Shown: piece after piece, positions 1 through 11,664 of the stretch
How positions within the stretch are numbered: the first letter of the stretch is position 1
Layout: each line of letters opens with the position of its first letter
Origin: Schmidtea nova
Lineage: Eukaryota
Direction: 5' to 3'
DNA: 64,000 nucleotides
Assembly (NCBI GenBank): GCA_044892505.1
Contig: CM097882.1
Span: 326,802,001-326,866,000, forward strand
The notes under the pieces: model-generated
Told to the model about the DNA's origin: nothing
What the model saw: the letters and a program-made list of their open reading frames with translations, nothing else
Databases searched by the model: none
Position numbers and translations under genes: made by a program

Positions 1-414
1 ATCATATGATTGATATAGACGACACGTTGAACGCCAAATGGACATCGGTGGTCATTTGATCTCCATCGATAAGGACAACGTAACCACCGGTTGGCATTTT
101 AGTATTGGCCTCAGCGCCACATGTTCTCAGGTGTATCTAATCATTTTGTTGATTGGCGCTCAACACGTTAAATAGCGTGACCTAGAGACACCCAAATCGA
201 TTTAAAATTAATAATATTCTCATAGAAATATTGAGTTTTCTGTGTCTTAATTTTATTTTTGAATTTCTAAAATTTTGATTTTAATTGTTTTAACCACAAT
301 TCTTTGTGCATTTAAGTAGTAGGATGTGTCCCCGTCAGATACAATAACCCCGATAGTTATGTAATGATTGGCAACTGATTCAGAAATTGCGTAATGGTTG
401 GTCATATTACGTTA

Positions 415-660
415 GATTTGGCCTTAATTACGTCACATTCGACCACAATTATTCCATATCTGAGTCCAATTCCGTCATAGCTACCCAATTACGTCACGTT
501 CGATTCTAATTACGTCATAATTGAACACAAATATGCGATATTTAAACACAATTACGTCATATTTGAATATAATTATTTCAGATTTGAACACAATTACGCC
601 ATATTTGACCGCAGCTATGTCAAATTTTACAACAATTGCGTAATATTAATCTTGGAACCC
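415..660. repeat. Degenerate ~22-bp minisatellite (CAATTACGTCATATTTGAACA-like)
   Basis: About 10 imperfect tandem units visible; related units recur at ~2120-2230. Confidence 0.7.
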
Positions 661-804
661 TATTACGTTATTTTATTTAAAAAGTGTCGGATATAGTACA
701 GTGGTCGATGGTCTAATTTGCTAATTGTGAGAAAAAAAATTCATTATGGAATCGGATTCAGCATATCAAATTTGATATAAATTGAATTTTTTATTATGAA
801 AAGT

Positions 805-870
805 GTCCCACATCGCTCAGTGGTCGATGGTGTGAGAGCCCAGGTTCAAATGCCAAGCTGGAATTTTAAT
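805..870 (+). other. tRNA-like segment (A box / B box) inside the transposon arm; inverted copy at ~2445-2505
   Basis: TCCCACATCGCTCAGTGG...CAGGTTCAAATGCCAAGCTGGA resembles Pol III internal promoter boxes but has no complete anticodon arm. Confidence 0.4.
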
Positions 871-929
871 TTATAATCATTTAATAGCAAAAATAGTCTG
901 TTAGTTTAAGTTTCTTGCTTGTAGAAATA

Positions 930-1145
930 CTTTGGGATTAAGAATCAATTTGAGATGTAGTTGCATCATCATATCCATCCTTTTTTCGCGTATCCATATT
1001 ATGAATACTTTTTCAATGTGTATGAAGTCCCTTAGTAGATCCTCCTGTCGTCTTAATAATTTGTAGACAGCGTTTACATTTAGCAGATGCTTCTGTTTCT
1101 GATCTGTCGTAAAATTTCCATACTTCTGCCTGATTTATTATCGCT
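930..1145 (-). pseudogene. BED zinc-finger fragment of a hAT-type transposase
   Basis: Manual translation: EVWKFYDRSETEASAKCKRCLQIIKTTGGSTKGLHTH*KSIH, matching the BED pattern W..F...CxxC...GST..LxxH...H; one in-frame stop. Confidence 0.75.
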
Positions 1146-1821
1146 AAATCTGTGATAAAGTAAGAAATAAATTAAAAATCTTTGAATTAAAAATATATAT
1201 GTAGCAAAATATGTTTTTCTTAAATTTTCTGATAACAGCTTACCTTATTTTATTTAAAACACTTAAAATGGTAAAATAAAATGAAAAAAATAAAAACAAA
1301 ATAAAAATTAAATTTTTAAGTTAACTTAAATAACAGCACAAAATCATAAATACATTAATCGCACATAAAAACTTTAACCGACTGCAATTTCAATTCTAAC
1401 AGAAAGGCAAAACCTACTCTAAAAAATCACAATTCCCATGGCAATTGGAAAGCAAAGCCTACTTACAATAAATATTATTTAAATTGAAAACGGCCAAAAT
1501 TCAAAATACTTAAAAATATACAATATAAATGAATTTTCATTTTTTATAGAAATTAGTTAATAAGTAGAATGATTTTTCCGGGATCGGGATTTGGGATCGT
1601 GAACACCGGGATTTCAGGATTGAATATATTCCGGGGATCCCGGGATTGCGACCTCTAGTTCTGTAACACCAGCACCATTAATAAAAAATACCGAAGCATG
1701 AGATCAAACACTTTGGATAGAATATGTTAATTTAATATATTCTGATGTAAGTTGGTCAAAGGACATGCTAGAGATTATATAGTCTATAAAAATAATCAAC
1801 CCACCATACACCAACATATTT

Positions 1822-2040
1822 TGTTGGGCCAAAACTGCAAATTATTTAAATGAAGCGGCAAAACAATAAGTAGAGAGCGCGCAAGATTCTAATTTAACCA
1901 AAACATCAAGTAAAATCGAAGTAGTTAAATGAAAACACAACTAAATATTAAAGCGGGAAAAGCGCACTAACAAGTAGAGAACGTGCGAAGTTTTGATCTA
2001 CAGGCCCATAAACCAAAATATCAAGTAAAACAAAAATATG
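1822..2040 (+). repeat. Truncated copy of the TGTTGGGCCAAAA LTR-like dispersed repeat
   Basis: Closely matches the start of the copy at 24581 (TGTTGGGCCAAAACTGCAAATT...GTAGAGAG...CAAGATTCTAATTTAACCAA). Confidence 0.75.
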
Positions 2041-4344
2041 ATGTGTCCCCGTCAGATACAGTACCCACCCTTGATGATTGCGTAATAATTTACCTTTGAA
2101 CTCTAAGGTACGTAATAATTGGCCTCTATTACATAAGATTTGACCGAATTACATCAAATTTTCTTAATTACATCATATCTGTCCCTAACTACACCATATT
2201 TGACCCCAATTACGCCACATTTGACCCCATCATGCCTTTACACCTTGACCTTTGGTTGCTACGCTGTTACTCGCGCACTCGCTTACGAAAACGCTTACTT
2301 TCTTACTCACACATGGTAACTCATTTACATAATCACTACATGCTTACAACCCATTATCACTCACACTTCCACTGAACCATTGCGCTCAACTGCGCACAAC
2401 TACGCACAACTTTGCAGATTATCAATTAAATGATTATAAATTAAAATTCCAGCTTGGCAGTTGAACCTGGCCTCTCACACCATCGACCACTGAGCTATGT
2501 GGGACACTTTTCATAATAAAAAATTCAATTAATATCAAATTTGATATTCTGAATCCGATTCCGTAATGAATTTTTTTTCATTAAACGAAAATAAATTTTT
2601 TTTTCCAACTGGGGAATTGAACCTGAGACTCACATATACAAATTTTTAAATTATTTTATTGACTAATAATTGTTAGATTTCAATAAAAATTTCAATTTAT
2701 ATAAATTTTCATATGCTGAATCCGATTTTGCCAAACATTTTCATAAAAACGGAAAAAAATATTCAAACTTGGTAGTTGACCACCGATTTACATTTGGCGT
2801 TCAACGTGTCGTCTATATTGTTGGGTTATGGGGTTGTTGGTGAAATGGTAAAAGTTACAAATCAAATATCTGACTCCAAGCGTGCCTTTTAATTGAGCCC
2901 AGTAGCAATTAACAATGTGAAATTTTATTGAATATCACAAATATTTTTTAACACGGAATTAACCAAATCAACAGACCAACAACTGATTACACGGTGCTTA
3001 TTACGACACGATGGTGAACAATAGCACTTTGTATAATCTTGGCTCGAACTATCACTAACCACTGATGGATACAACAATTGGAAATTTGGCTGGTTGTTTT
3101 CTTTACTTGACTTGGAGTTACTCGGAACTTTTTTCGATTGTCAACTAAATCAGCTCCTGTTGTTTATTTTCTGAGTTTCTTTTTAAGTCTTGTCTTGGGT
3201 TTCTGTACAATTCTCTTCACTTCTAATTCAATTATTCTATTTCACACCTTCTCCTTACAATATTCAGTTCACAATTTCTCTAACAACTTTTGTTTCACAA
3301 TATTTTGTTTCACACTCCTCTAATAACTTCTGTCTAACTCCTGTCTAAAATTCTGTCGTAACTTCTGCTGCGTCTCTCCTTTTATATCCCGTCACTTTGT
3401 GGCACTTAATATTATCACTTGTTATTTCATTTTTTTCCAACATAATTTCCCCTTCATTTTTCCATCACGGAGTTATCTCTGACAGCCGTCAAGATAACCT
3501 CTGTTTCCTTTTTGCCGCTCCGGTTTGTTTGATTTTTTCCCCACTTTATCTCTGACCGGTTGTCGAGATAAAATTCTTGTTGTTGTTTTTTGTTTTTCCA
3601 TGTTTTCGAATTTTTCCTGTTTGCACTAATTAATTAATGCTGACCTATGTTTTTATTTGCTTGTCTGATTTCTTTTCTTTTGTTTCCCCTTCTCATTTCT
3701 CATTCCTTTTTATTTCCGTTTTCTTTCTCAGGCTCCAATCAATCGTGTCATTCCCCATGACGATTTTCCCCCAAGTAATTTTGTTTATTTATTATATTAT
3801 TTCTAATTTAGGTATCCTCAACAATATCAATCATATGATAAGAATTATTAAAATAATTATTATTATTATTAAAATAATTATTATTATTACTAATCATCAT
3901 TATCATTATATAGTAGTAAGTGATAATAATAATTATAGTTATAATTTTTTTGATACGAACGCTATTCTTAATGTAGTCCCTGTTTTCTCATAGGTACAAG
4001 AGGCGCATTTCATACAATACGATTGAAAAAAAAGTGAAAACAGAATCGGAAAAAACTCCATACAAGCATGAACCTTCTGGATATTTGTCATATGTTACCG
4101 TTCTTGTTTTGTGTTTGATGCACTGGGAATATCTCCTTGCCCCCTTAATGCGCTTGACTTTGTGTTCATCTGTAAAACAAATTTTCGGTTGCCTGTCGGT
4201 CATGGTCTGACACTTTTGGTTTGATTTCACAAGGTCTTCCTAGCTTTTCCACGTCATAAACTGAGGTTCTACTACTCTGGGAGTAATTGTACTAACGGCA
4301 AATCTTTGATTTTGATATTATTACTATTTTATAATAATAAAAAT

Positions 4345-4405
<61 letters not shown>
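4345..4405. repeat. (AAT)n microsatellite
   Basis: Direct reading. Confidence 0.95.
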
Positions 4406-4407
<2 letters not shown>

Positions 4408-4989
4408 GACAAATATCTACTAAATTTATAAAATAAAATAAATAAATGCCCTGAAAACTAATTATATTAGCACATAAAATATGATTAATTATTGATAAAT
4501 CTTTTCTCATTTCCATGGACCAGCAGAGTTTGAGACGCGACATGCCGTTCCTGAACAAATTTATGTACTTGTACGCAAATAAACAAAACGCACTCCTGTT
4601 CATGTTGGAGTGTCAATTTCGTTTCGAATATCTCGATGACCTCCTTCTTATTCATTTTCTCATCAGAATCGACCATCTCTACTTGTACCAATTTCCGTTT
4701 CGAGGAGCCTTGTCTTAATAGCTTTAACATTTCTTCGTTAATTATTGGTTTATTTGGAACATAGAGCAGGGATCCAGCGTTGCTAGTGGCGATCACGGTG
4801 TTATCAGCTCTTGTAATTGTCAATTTTTATAGTTTCTTGTTTGAATGTGTTATTAAAGAAATACGTGGAAACACGGAAATGTAATATATAATAATTAAAA
4901 CAATTTTTACGATATAGTATATTTTAACTACGTTATATATTAACTACCAATATGTTAACTACGTTAAACATTAACGACAAACGTTAAAA

Positions 4990-5007
4990 TGGTGTCAGAA
5001 GTGGGAT
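4990..5007 (+). other. Primer-binding site complementary to the tRNA-Leu 3' end
   Basis: TGGTGTCAGAAGTGGGAT is the canonical Leu(CAG/CAA)-type PBS of LTR elements. Confidence 0.8.
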
Positions 5008-6440
5008 ACGAAATCAATTTGATTGGATCCACAGAAGAAGAATCAATAAATTATGAAATTTTCTACTAGCTAACAACTTTGGAAATTTATCTTGATTCGT
5101 GTCTGAAGGAAACTTGCGTTGAAAATTGGCTAGTAAAAGTCAATGATATCAAGATCCGTAATGGAAACTGAATGGCAACTGTCTATTATCGACATTGCAC
5201 AAACATTGCTAACTTTTATCTGATGCTTTTGAATCGATTCTGAATAACTAAAGTGAAATATGAAAATAATCTCACTTTTATTGCAAAAATATTTCCTAAA
5301 CAATATTTCTACTCGAAAAGAATTCGAGAAATATTTGAAATGGTCACCACTTCCGTCAAACGCGTAGATCTAGAGATTTTGAAAAAGGCAATTAAAATCA
5401 AAATTAGAAATGAATACATTTATAATCAAGCGACACCTTATTACGAAACCTGCTAATCGGAAGGAGAATCAGGAATCGTAAATTTATTTAATATAGAAAA
5501 GAACTTTGACACTCTTCAACGATATTGGATCGCTTAGAGAAAAAAAATTGGATTTCAGATTCGAGATTTTTTTATCGATCGATTTAATTCAGAAACGGTT
5601 TGGGAAAGGAAAACAGCAGTCAAAACATTGTCTCATTTAAAATGTTTTTGGATTTTCAAGAGAAAAGCTTTCTTGAAAATTTTCGACAATATCATGCCGC
5701 TTGACAAACAACTTGTCTGGGAGAATATTAACCGCGCCGATTCCCGCTCATATTATGGGAATTGTCTAGGCGCAATACTGCTTATTATTAAACAATGTAG
5801 CGGAAATAGAAATTCTTTTCAAATGTTCCATCAAGTCAACCCGCAACTATCAAAAATGTCAATCAAACAAATTTTTCAGGCAGTTGAACGGAACTTCTTG
5901 TACTTTTATGGAAACGAAATGAAATCATTTTACAAACCCTTGACCTCATTAAATTACGAAAAATATATGTTTTATTTCTTTACTTTCATTGAAATTCACA
6001 TAATTTATTATGAATTATTCCTCCAATTCTGGCGATGTCAATAAAAAATTTAATAACGCGCTCCAAGTAAAAAATAAGAAATTAATTGTCAGAAGGTCGT
6101 TGTTCAATAATAAAATATTCGGTCAATGCTTTCCCAAATAGGCCAACCCAATAACGATCTCAAACCAACACATTGAGTTCCAAATTCCAAAACCTGATCT
6201 AGTTAAATCACTTCCAATTAACCGTTTTTATCCGTGTCAATACAATATTTTCCTAATCAAAATATATCAGTTATTTGATAAAGATACAAACATTTTTTAT
6301 TCAACTTATGTCCGATCACGGTTATCCAAATGGTGCCACTCATTATTCCTAGACCGACTGAATAAACAAAGTTTAACTAACAATTATAAGTTAATAAAAG
6401 TTTTAACCATATTCTAAAAAAAGATAAACGAACCGATTAA

Positions 6441-6515
6441 AGCAGTGTTGTCCAAACTTTTTTGAGCCACGGCACACTTGGCTGATTTAAAAATTTTCGC
6501 GGCACACCTAAATTT
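6441..6515 (+). mobile_element. hAT-like MITE terminus fragment
   Basis: CAGTGTTGTCCAAACTTTTT...CACGGCACAC...GCGGCACACC resembles common hAT/MITE ends; no partner end found. Confidence 0.4.
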
Positions 6516-6659
6516 TTTTTTGCTTTATTTACAATTTTTTATTGCACTTTTACTAATCTTTTAATAAGAAATGAAAAACTTATTTACTTGAAATAAATTT
6601 AATGTAAATAATTTGAAATAACTGTTAAAATATCCACGATCAAATTGCCTTTTATTAAG

Positions 6660-7200
6660 TTTGGACAACACTGGATTAAAGTATATGTGAAATATGAGTA
6701 TCTTTCATTTACACATTTCAACAGAAACCTGACATACGACAATGGCCATAAACATCTTGCTACGAAACAAGCAAAGAACTCAGAAATAACCAATGAAATA
6801 TGATCAAAGAATATGTCAAAGAACTTGCAGAAGTAGCAGATAGAATCGCATACATAACGCAAACCAATAACCCAACCGTCAACGCGATTTACAAAAGAAC
6901 TGAAAATACTAATAAAAACCTAATTGTAAACGCAATGGAGAAATTATTTCAGAAATTTGACAATCTACAAATAAATAGGCATAGTAAAAGCCATTCATGA
7001 AACAACTGCAACTGTTCCAGCAGAAACAACTCGTTCAACAAAAATAAACGACTTTGTCGTTTTCACCAAAATTTTATAAAAGTTGCAAGTTTGCAACATA
7101 TTTTGCGAATGGCAAAATAAACTATTAATAGAACGAAAAGTCCGAAAAGAAAATCGAAAGCAAATATTAAGAGGAAACTATTGGATAAACACAAGTAAAA
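6660..7200 (+). pseudogene. Decayed Gypsy gag C-terminal region
   Basis: IKEYVKELAEVADRI...LFQKFDNLQIN followed by LCRFHQNFIKVA, resembling the CxxHxxF...A gag C-terminal motif; frameshifted. Confidence 0.45.
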
Positions 7201-7621
7201 AATTCTCAAAATCGATTCATCGTAATAATTATCGATTTATTTAGTTTTTCCTTGGATACAAACGGAACGGATGGGTGTTTTCTGATTTCGATTGTGTGGA
7301 TTGATCGATCATGTTGTTACGTATGTTTACCAGGTGGGTAACTAGGGCAGATTCACGTTATTTCAAATTGTTACTAAAGAGTTTTATAAAATGAAAAATA
7401 GTTGCCATGATTACAGAAACCTAAAACTCGGTAATTGGATATCTTATGGATTTTTCGATATTTTCCTTTTATTGAAATTTACATTTAACTTTTTTATAAA
7501 ATTTTTTTGAAACTAAAAAAATTACATTTGTCGTTTAAGAAATATTTATTTTTCAAATTTTAAGAACCTTTGGCCGGTTCTGATTGCATGCAATAAGGAA
7601 AGGTATTGTTGCTCGTGTTTA

Positions 7622-9431
7622 TCACGTCGGTAACCAAGGTGGATTCGGACTATTGTACCTAGCATTGACGATGATTTCATTACCTTTTGTTAGGAATCGC
7701 AATTTTCAGCAAATGTTCTTGTCGGTTAATCTCCTTCATCGCGGCATATCCGTCCGCTTGCTTGGCCTGAGCAGCAATCCGCAACTTGTTCAACTCGGCC
7801 CGGTACACCTCGGTGCTAACGTGGTCGAGTTTGACGGGTTTATGACCGAGATCAATTGATTGATCAGCAGGAGGGGGAGGAGCAGCTTGTTGTTGTTGTG
7901 CGGCAATCCTTTTCAATTGTTTCTGCTTGAACTCATCAAATGTGAATGCCTTGCCAGCAGTTGCCATGGAATCATTTCTTGCATTCTTATTGTTATTAGT
8001 TGCTATGGCAGCTACCGGATTGGTTGATTTCTCCACAATATGTTTGATGATATTTTTCGTTCCAGCAGTTGGCTTCTTCAATAATTTCACCATCGACGCG
8101 TCCGTTGGTGTCATTTCCATGGCAACATGATCTGAATTGTCCTCCTTCTCCACTGAGCCCCTCTCCAGCAGGCCCCACTCGGTGGCCCTGGCAGTGATGC
8201 CTGATTGCTGCAGTTGCCTCAGTGATATCCCTGCAGCATTATTGGAAGCTGCTCCGTTCCCTTTGCGCCGCTTGTTATTATCGTTATTAGTCCATATTGG
8301 CACGTCCCCCCTTCCACCTCTAATCGCTACTGCCGCCGAACGCTTCCGCTCATTCAACCGCTCCAGTCTGCAAGCAAGGGAAATTAAGCAGAAAGATAGA
8401 AACAAGTGATGCCTACCCTAGATTAACGAAGCCCGGTCGGGAAATGGCCTTGAAATAGCCCGATTGCATGTGGTAGGAGCACATTGAGCAGTCGGTCCTA
8501 GCAAGGGTAAGTCAAATAAATAAAGAGAAACAATTGGTTACTTGTTTACGATATTTGTGCAAGATTGACCGGATTTGGTCTTGCCCTGGCAGATGGCGTA
8601 ATCGGGGGAGCGGCCCAGCACGAGAATCTGCAGGGGGCTGTCGACGGTGAAGGCGGGTGACGTGTGCTGCTAATAACATTATAAGGTTAACAATAATAAC
8701 AAGGGTACGTGAGGAGTACCTGACTACTCGGGAGGCATTTGGGCTTCAATATGCACACCACCGAGCCCGCTGCTTCCTTCCAGAACTCGTCGTAGACCTG
8801 CCGGAATATCATCACCTTCACGTGCTTGTCGAGGGTTTGCAAGTCATTCAAATGCCAGACGGAGAAGGTTTTGCCGTTCTTGTCTTTTTTGGTGGACGTA
8901 TGAACGATCACTCCGACTAGAATCCAATCAGAATCGGAAAGGGATTCACACAGATTCCCTTGACACAATTTACTGGGGGTCAATACTTGTCTGCACTCCG
9001 TGCGGTCCTTCCAGTTGTCGCTGGTTATTTGTGGGTTGCTGGCAGATTATAATAATAATAAAATTAATAATTAATTAATTAAAAACTAACAGAATCCGAA
9101 TTGAAGTTGGTGCCGCAATGAAATACTTGCTAGGAAGTTTCCCCTTCTGTTTATTGTCAGGAATATTTTCAATGTTTTTATGTATAATTTCACCTGGAAA
9201 CACTCGTTGTGTTGTTGGTTTATTAATTGTAAATATCATTTTGGCCGGTTTTTTTTGTTTTTCTTTATTAAGATCATTATTCAACAGGAATTTTTCTGCT
9301 GCATCTTCTTTTATGTTTTCCCAATCACTGCCATCGCTATCTGAATCACTGAATGCCAGGAAATCATTCACTTCTGAAGCAGTCAAGCATTTCTCTTTAC
9401 CGATTTTTAATACAATTTCGTTTTTGTTCAT
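7622..9431 (-). CDS. MCM10: Mcm10 replication initiation factor, multi-exon
   Basis: Exons 9431-9091, 9038-8720, 8669-8542, 8497-8417, 8367-7684 join in frame across GT-AG introns of 52, 50, 44 and 49 nt. OB-fold DWILVGVIVH...GKTFSVWHLNDL...GSVVCILKP and CCCH zinc finger AICQGKTKSGQSCTNIVNKTDCSMCSYH match the Mcm10 internal domain. The end is either the stop at 7680 or a further 25-nt intron plus exon 7658-7622. Confidence 0.9.
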
Positions 9432-10170
9432 TCTTTTTATTTTTTATATAATCTAATAATGAATATATTTAAACTAATTATAATTTTTAAAATAAAATAT
9501 TAATAACAAAAAATAAAAAAAATAAATTTAAAAAATCTTAAAATAATTTAAAAGAAAATTATAATAATATATCAAAAAGCAAATATTTTATAAAATATAA
9601 AAAATATTTTAATATTTTTTTTAATTAAAATAATTAAATTAAAATATATCTTAAAAATAATTTAAATATAAAAATACAAAATATTTATTTTAATTTATTA
9701 AATAATAAAATAAATGTCAGATAACTTTAAATAATAAAATAAAATTTAAATAAATCCTTTTATAAATATAATTTTTATTATAAAATAAATATTTAATTTG
9801 TTTAAATTAATAAAAAAATTATGAATATTTTATTTTATAGAAAAATTATTTTAATAAATTTTAATTAAAACAATAAATTTTTTAAAATTTGTAATTAAAT
9901 GGAAAGTATAAAAAATAATTAATTTAATATCAAAAACAATAAAATCAACAAATAAAAATATATAGTAAATATAATTTTTATTAAAATTTAAGTAAAAATA
10001 ATTACAAAAGGTTTTTACGAAATTATAAATTAAAAATTAAATATCAAAAATATTTTAATTAAAAAATAACTAAATTTAATAAACATTCTACTGATTAAAT
10101 TAGCAGTAGCAATGAAAAGATTTTCTAAATTAAATATTTTTTCCTTAAATATTTAAATAAAAATTTCTAT

Positions 10171-11205
10171 TTATATCAAATTCGATTCCTTACTAAAATT
10201 TTCATAAAAACAGTGGTACAGTAGAAAAGTGGTACAGAAGTACAGTGGTTCAGTGGTACAGTAGTTCAGTAATTCAGTGGTACAGTTAGTTACCATATTA
10301 TTACATAATTTCATGGGGCAGTCAATTACTTCGTGAAAATTTAGTTCTTCAAGAAAAGATGTATAGCTTATAGTACAGCTTCTATTATTTTCTATTTCAT
10401 TATATTTTCTTATTGCTAAAATACTATATACAAAACAGAAATCGTCAGAGTTTTTCACATTAATTATAGCCCTTTTACCTTTCAGAGCTTGAGGGGTTTT
10501 AAAATGTCCATGGCCTGATAATCTATTAATTTGAGAGTATTTTGTTAATATAAAATGAATTTCTCTAATTTTATTAACAATCCATCCACTGTCTAACTGT
10601 GTAAAATTTTCGATTTTTTCATTTAATTTTCTTACTCCCTCAATTAAAAAATTATCAGAAAAAACTTCAGCATTATTCGATAAATATTCGTCTTTGGTAA
10701 TTCAGTCTTTTTCAAATTGAATATTTACGGCGAATTGAATTTTAACCCTACCCATTTTATTAATTTCGGTATTAAGTCGACTTATTATTCTATCTGTTAA
10801 TGCAATTTGGATAATATTAAATTCATTAATGTCAAATTTTAATGCCCTACGAGATCCTGTTAAATCTAATTCGAATATTGGTTCATTACTAATTTCTATA
10901 GAGCCCCCTATATGAGTGTTTTCATCCTCATCATCACTTATTATAATAATTTCATGTTTTAAAATTTTACTTGGTGTTTCATTTTCCCTATTATCAGCAG
11001 GTCTTTTTTTTAAATTAATAAATGTGTCTTCAGACAAATTATTATAGATGTATTCAAAAAGATTCAATTTATTTGAATTAAATTGACAAAGATGATCCTT
11101 ATGATCAAGATAAAAGTCAGAATAGGACTGGGTTGTGAAAGATTTGCAAACGGGGCTTATAAAAACGTCAATACCATTGAACTTTTGACGATAGTATTTC
11201 GTCAT
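10171..11205 (-). pseudogene. Maverick/Polinton protein-primed DNA polymerase B, N-terminal region only (truncated)
   Basis: Joined frames give VKIQFAVNIQFEKD*...LDSGWIVNKIREIH...TPQALKGKRAIINVKNSDDFCFVYSILA, typical of the invertebrate Maverick pPolB N-terminus; sequence degenerates into a GTGGTACAGTA tandem repeat near 10205-10290. Confidence 0.8.
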
Positions 11206-11664
11206 AAGTTCATGGCAATCGTTATTGTGACTCAGAGAGGAGTTACAATAATTTTCATAAAATGGGCCTATTTAAAATATAAATGTATTATTATATAATA
11301 AAAAACATTTTTTTTATAATAAATACAAAAGGTTATAAATTTTACAATATTCTTAACCTATTATAAATTTTTTTAACCTATTATAAAATTTATAACTTTG
11401 CACACTAAAGGTTATAAATTATATAATATTATCATAAAAGATAATTTTGTTATAATGCTCATTAAAATAATTATTAAAATAATTAGTATTTTAAATTTTT
11501 ACTACTTATTTTAATCATTACTGTAGTAACTATCTTAATATCTGACATCAAAAATAAACAATTGAACAATTGAAAAACTTAATATTTATTTTTAAAAACA
11601 ATTCCTTCTTGTTGATTATTTAAACAACTTGTTTTTTAATAATCATTACATTACTTTCCCCTCC

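Larger units (their letters stand above)
16..2815. mobile_element. Non-autonomous TA-flanked DNA transposon (Tc1/mariner-type signature) with terminal inverted repeats and nested inserts
   Basis: TAGACGACACGTTGAACGCCAAATG at 16-40 is the exact reverse complement of 2791-2815; TA flanks both ends (14-15, 2816-2817). A second inverted pair lies inside (~700-890 vs ~2420-2600). No transposase ORF seen. Confidence 0.7.
2819..6044 (+). mobile_element. Degenerate LTR retrotransposon 5' end: putative long LTR, tRNA-Leu PBS and decayed gag
   Basis: TGTTGGG start at 2819; PBS TGGTGTCAGAAGTGGGAT at 4990-5007; downstream broken frames (MVSEVG..., ENWLVKVNDIKIRNG) resemble a Gypsy gag. LTR boundaries unconfirmed (no partner LTR; the end reads AAAA rather than CA). 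Confidence 0.5.

Noticed and set aside
805-870. Functional tRNA gene
   Set aside because: No complete cloverleaf or anticodon arm; embedded in a transposon arm.
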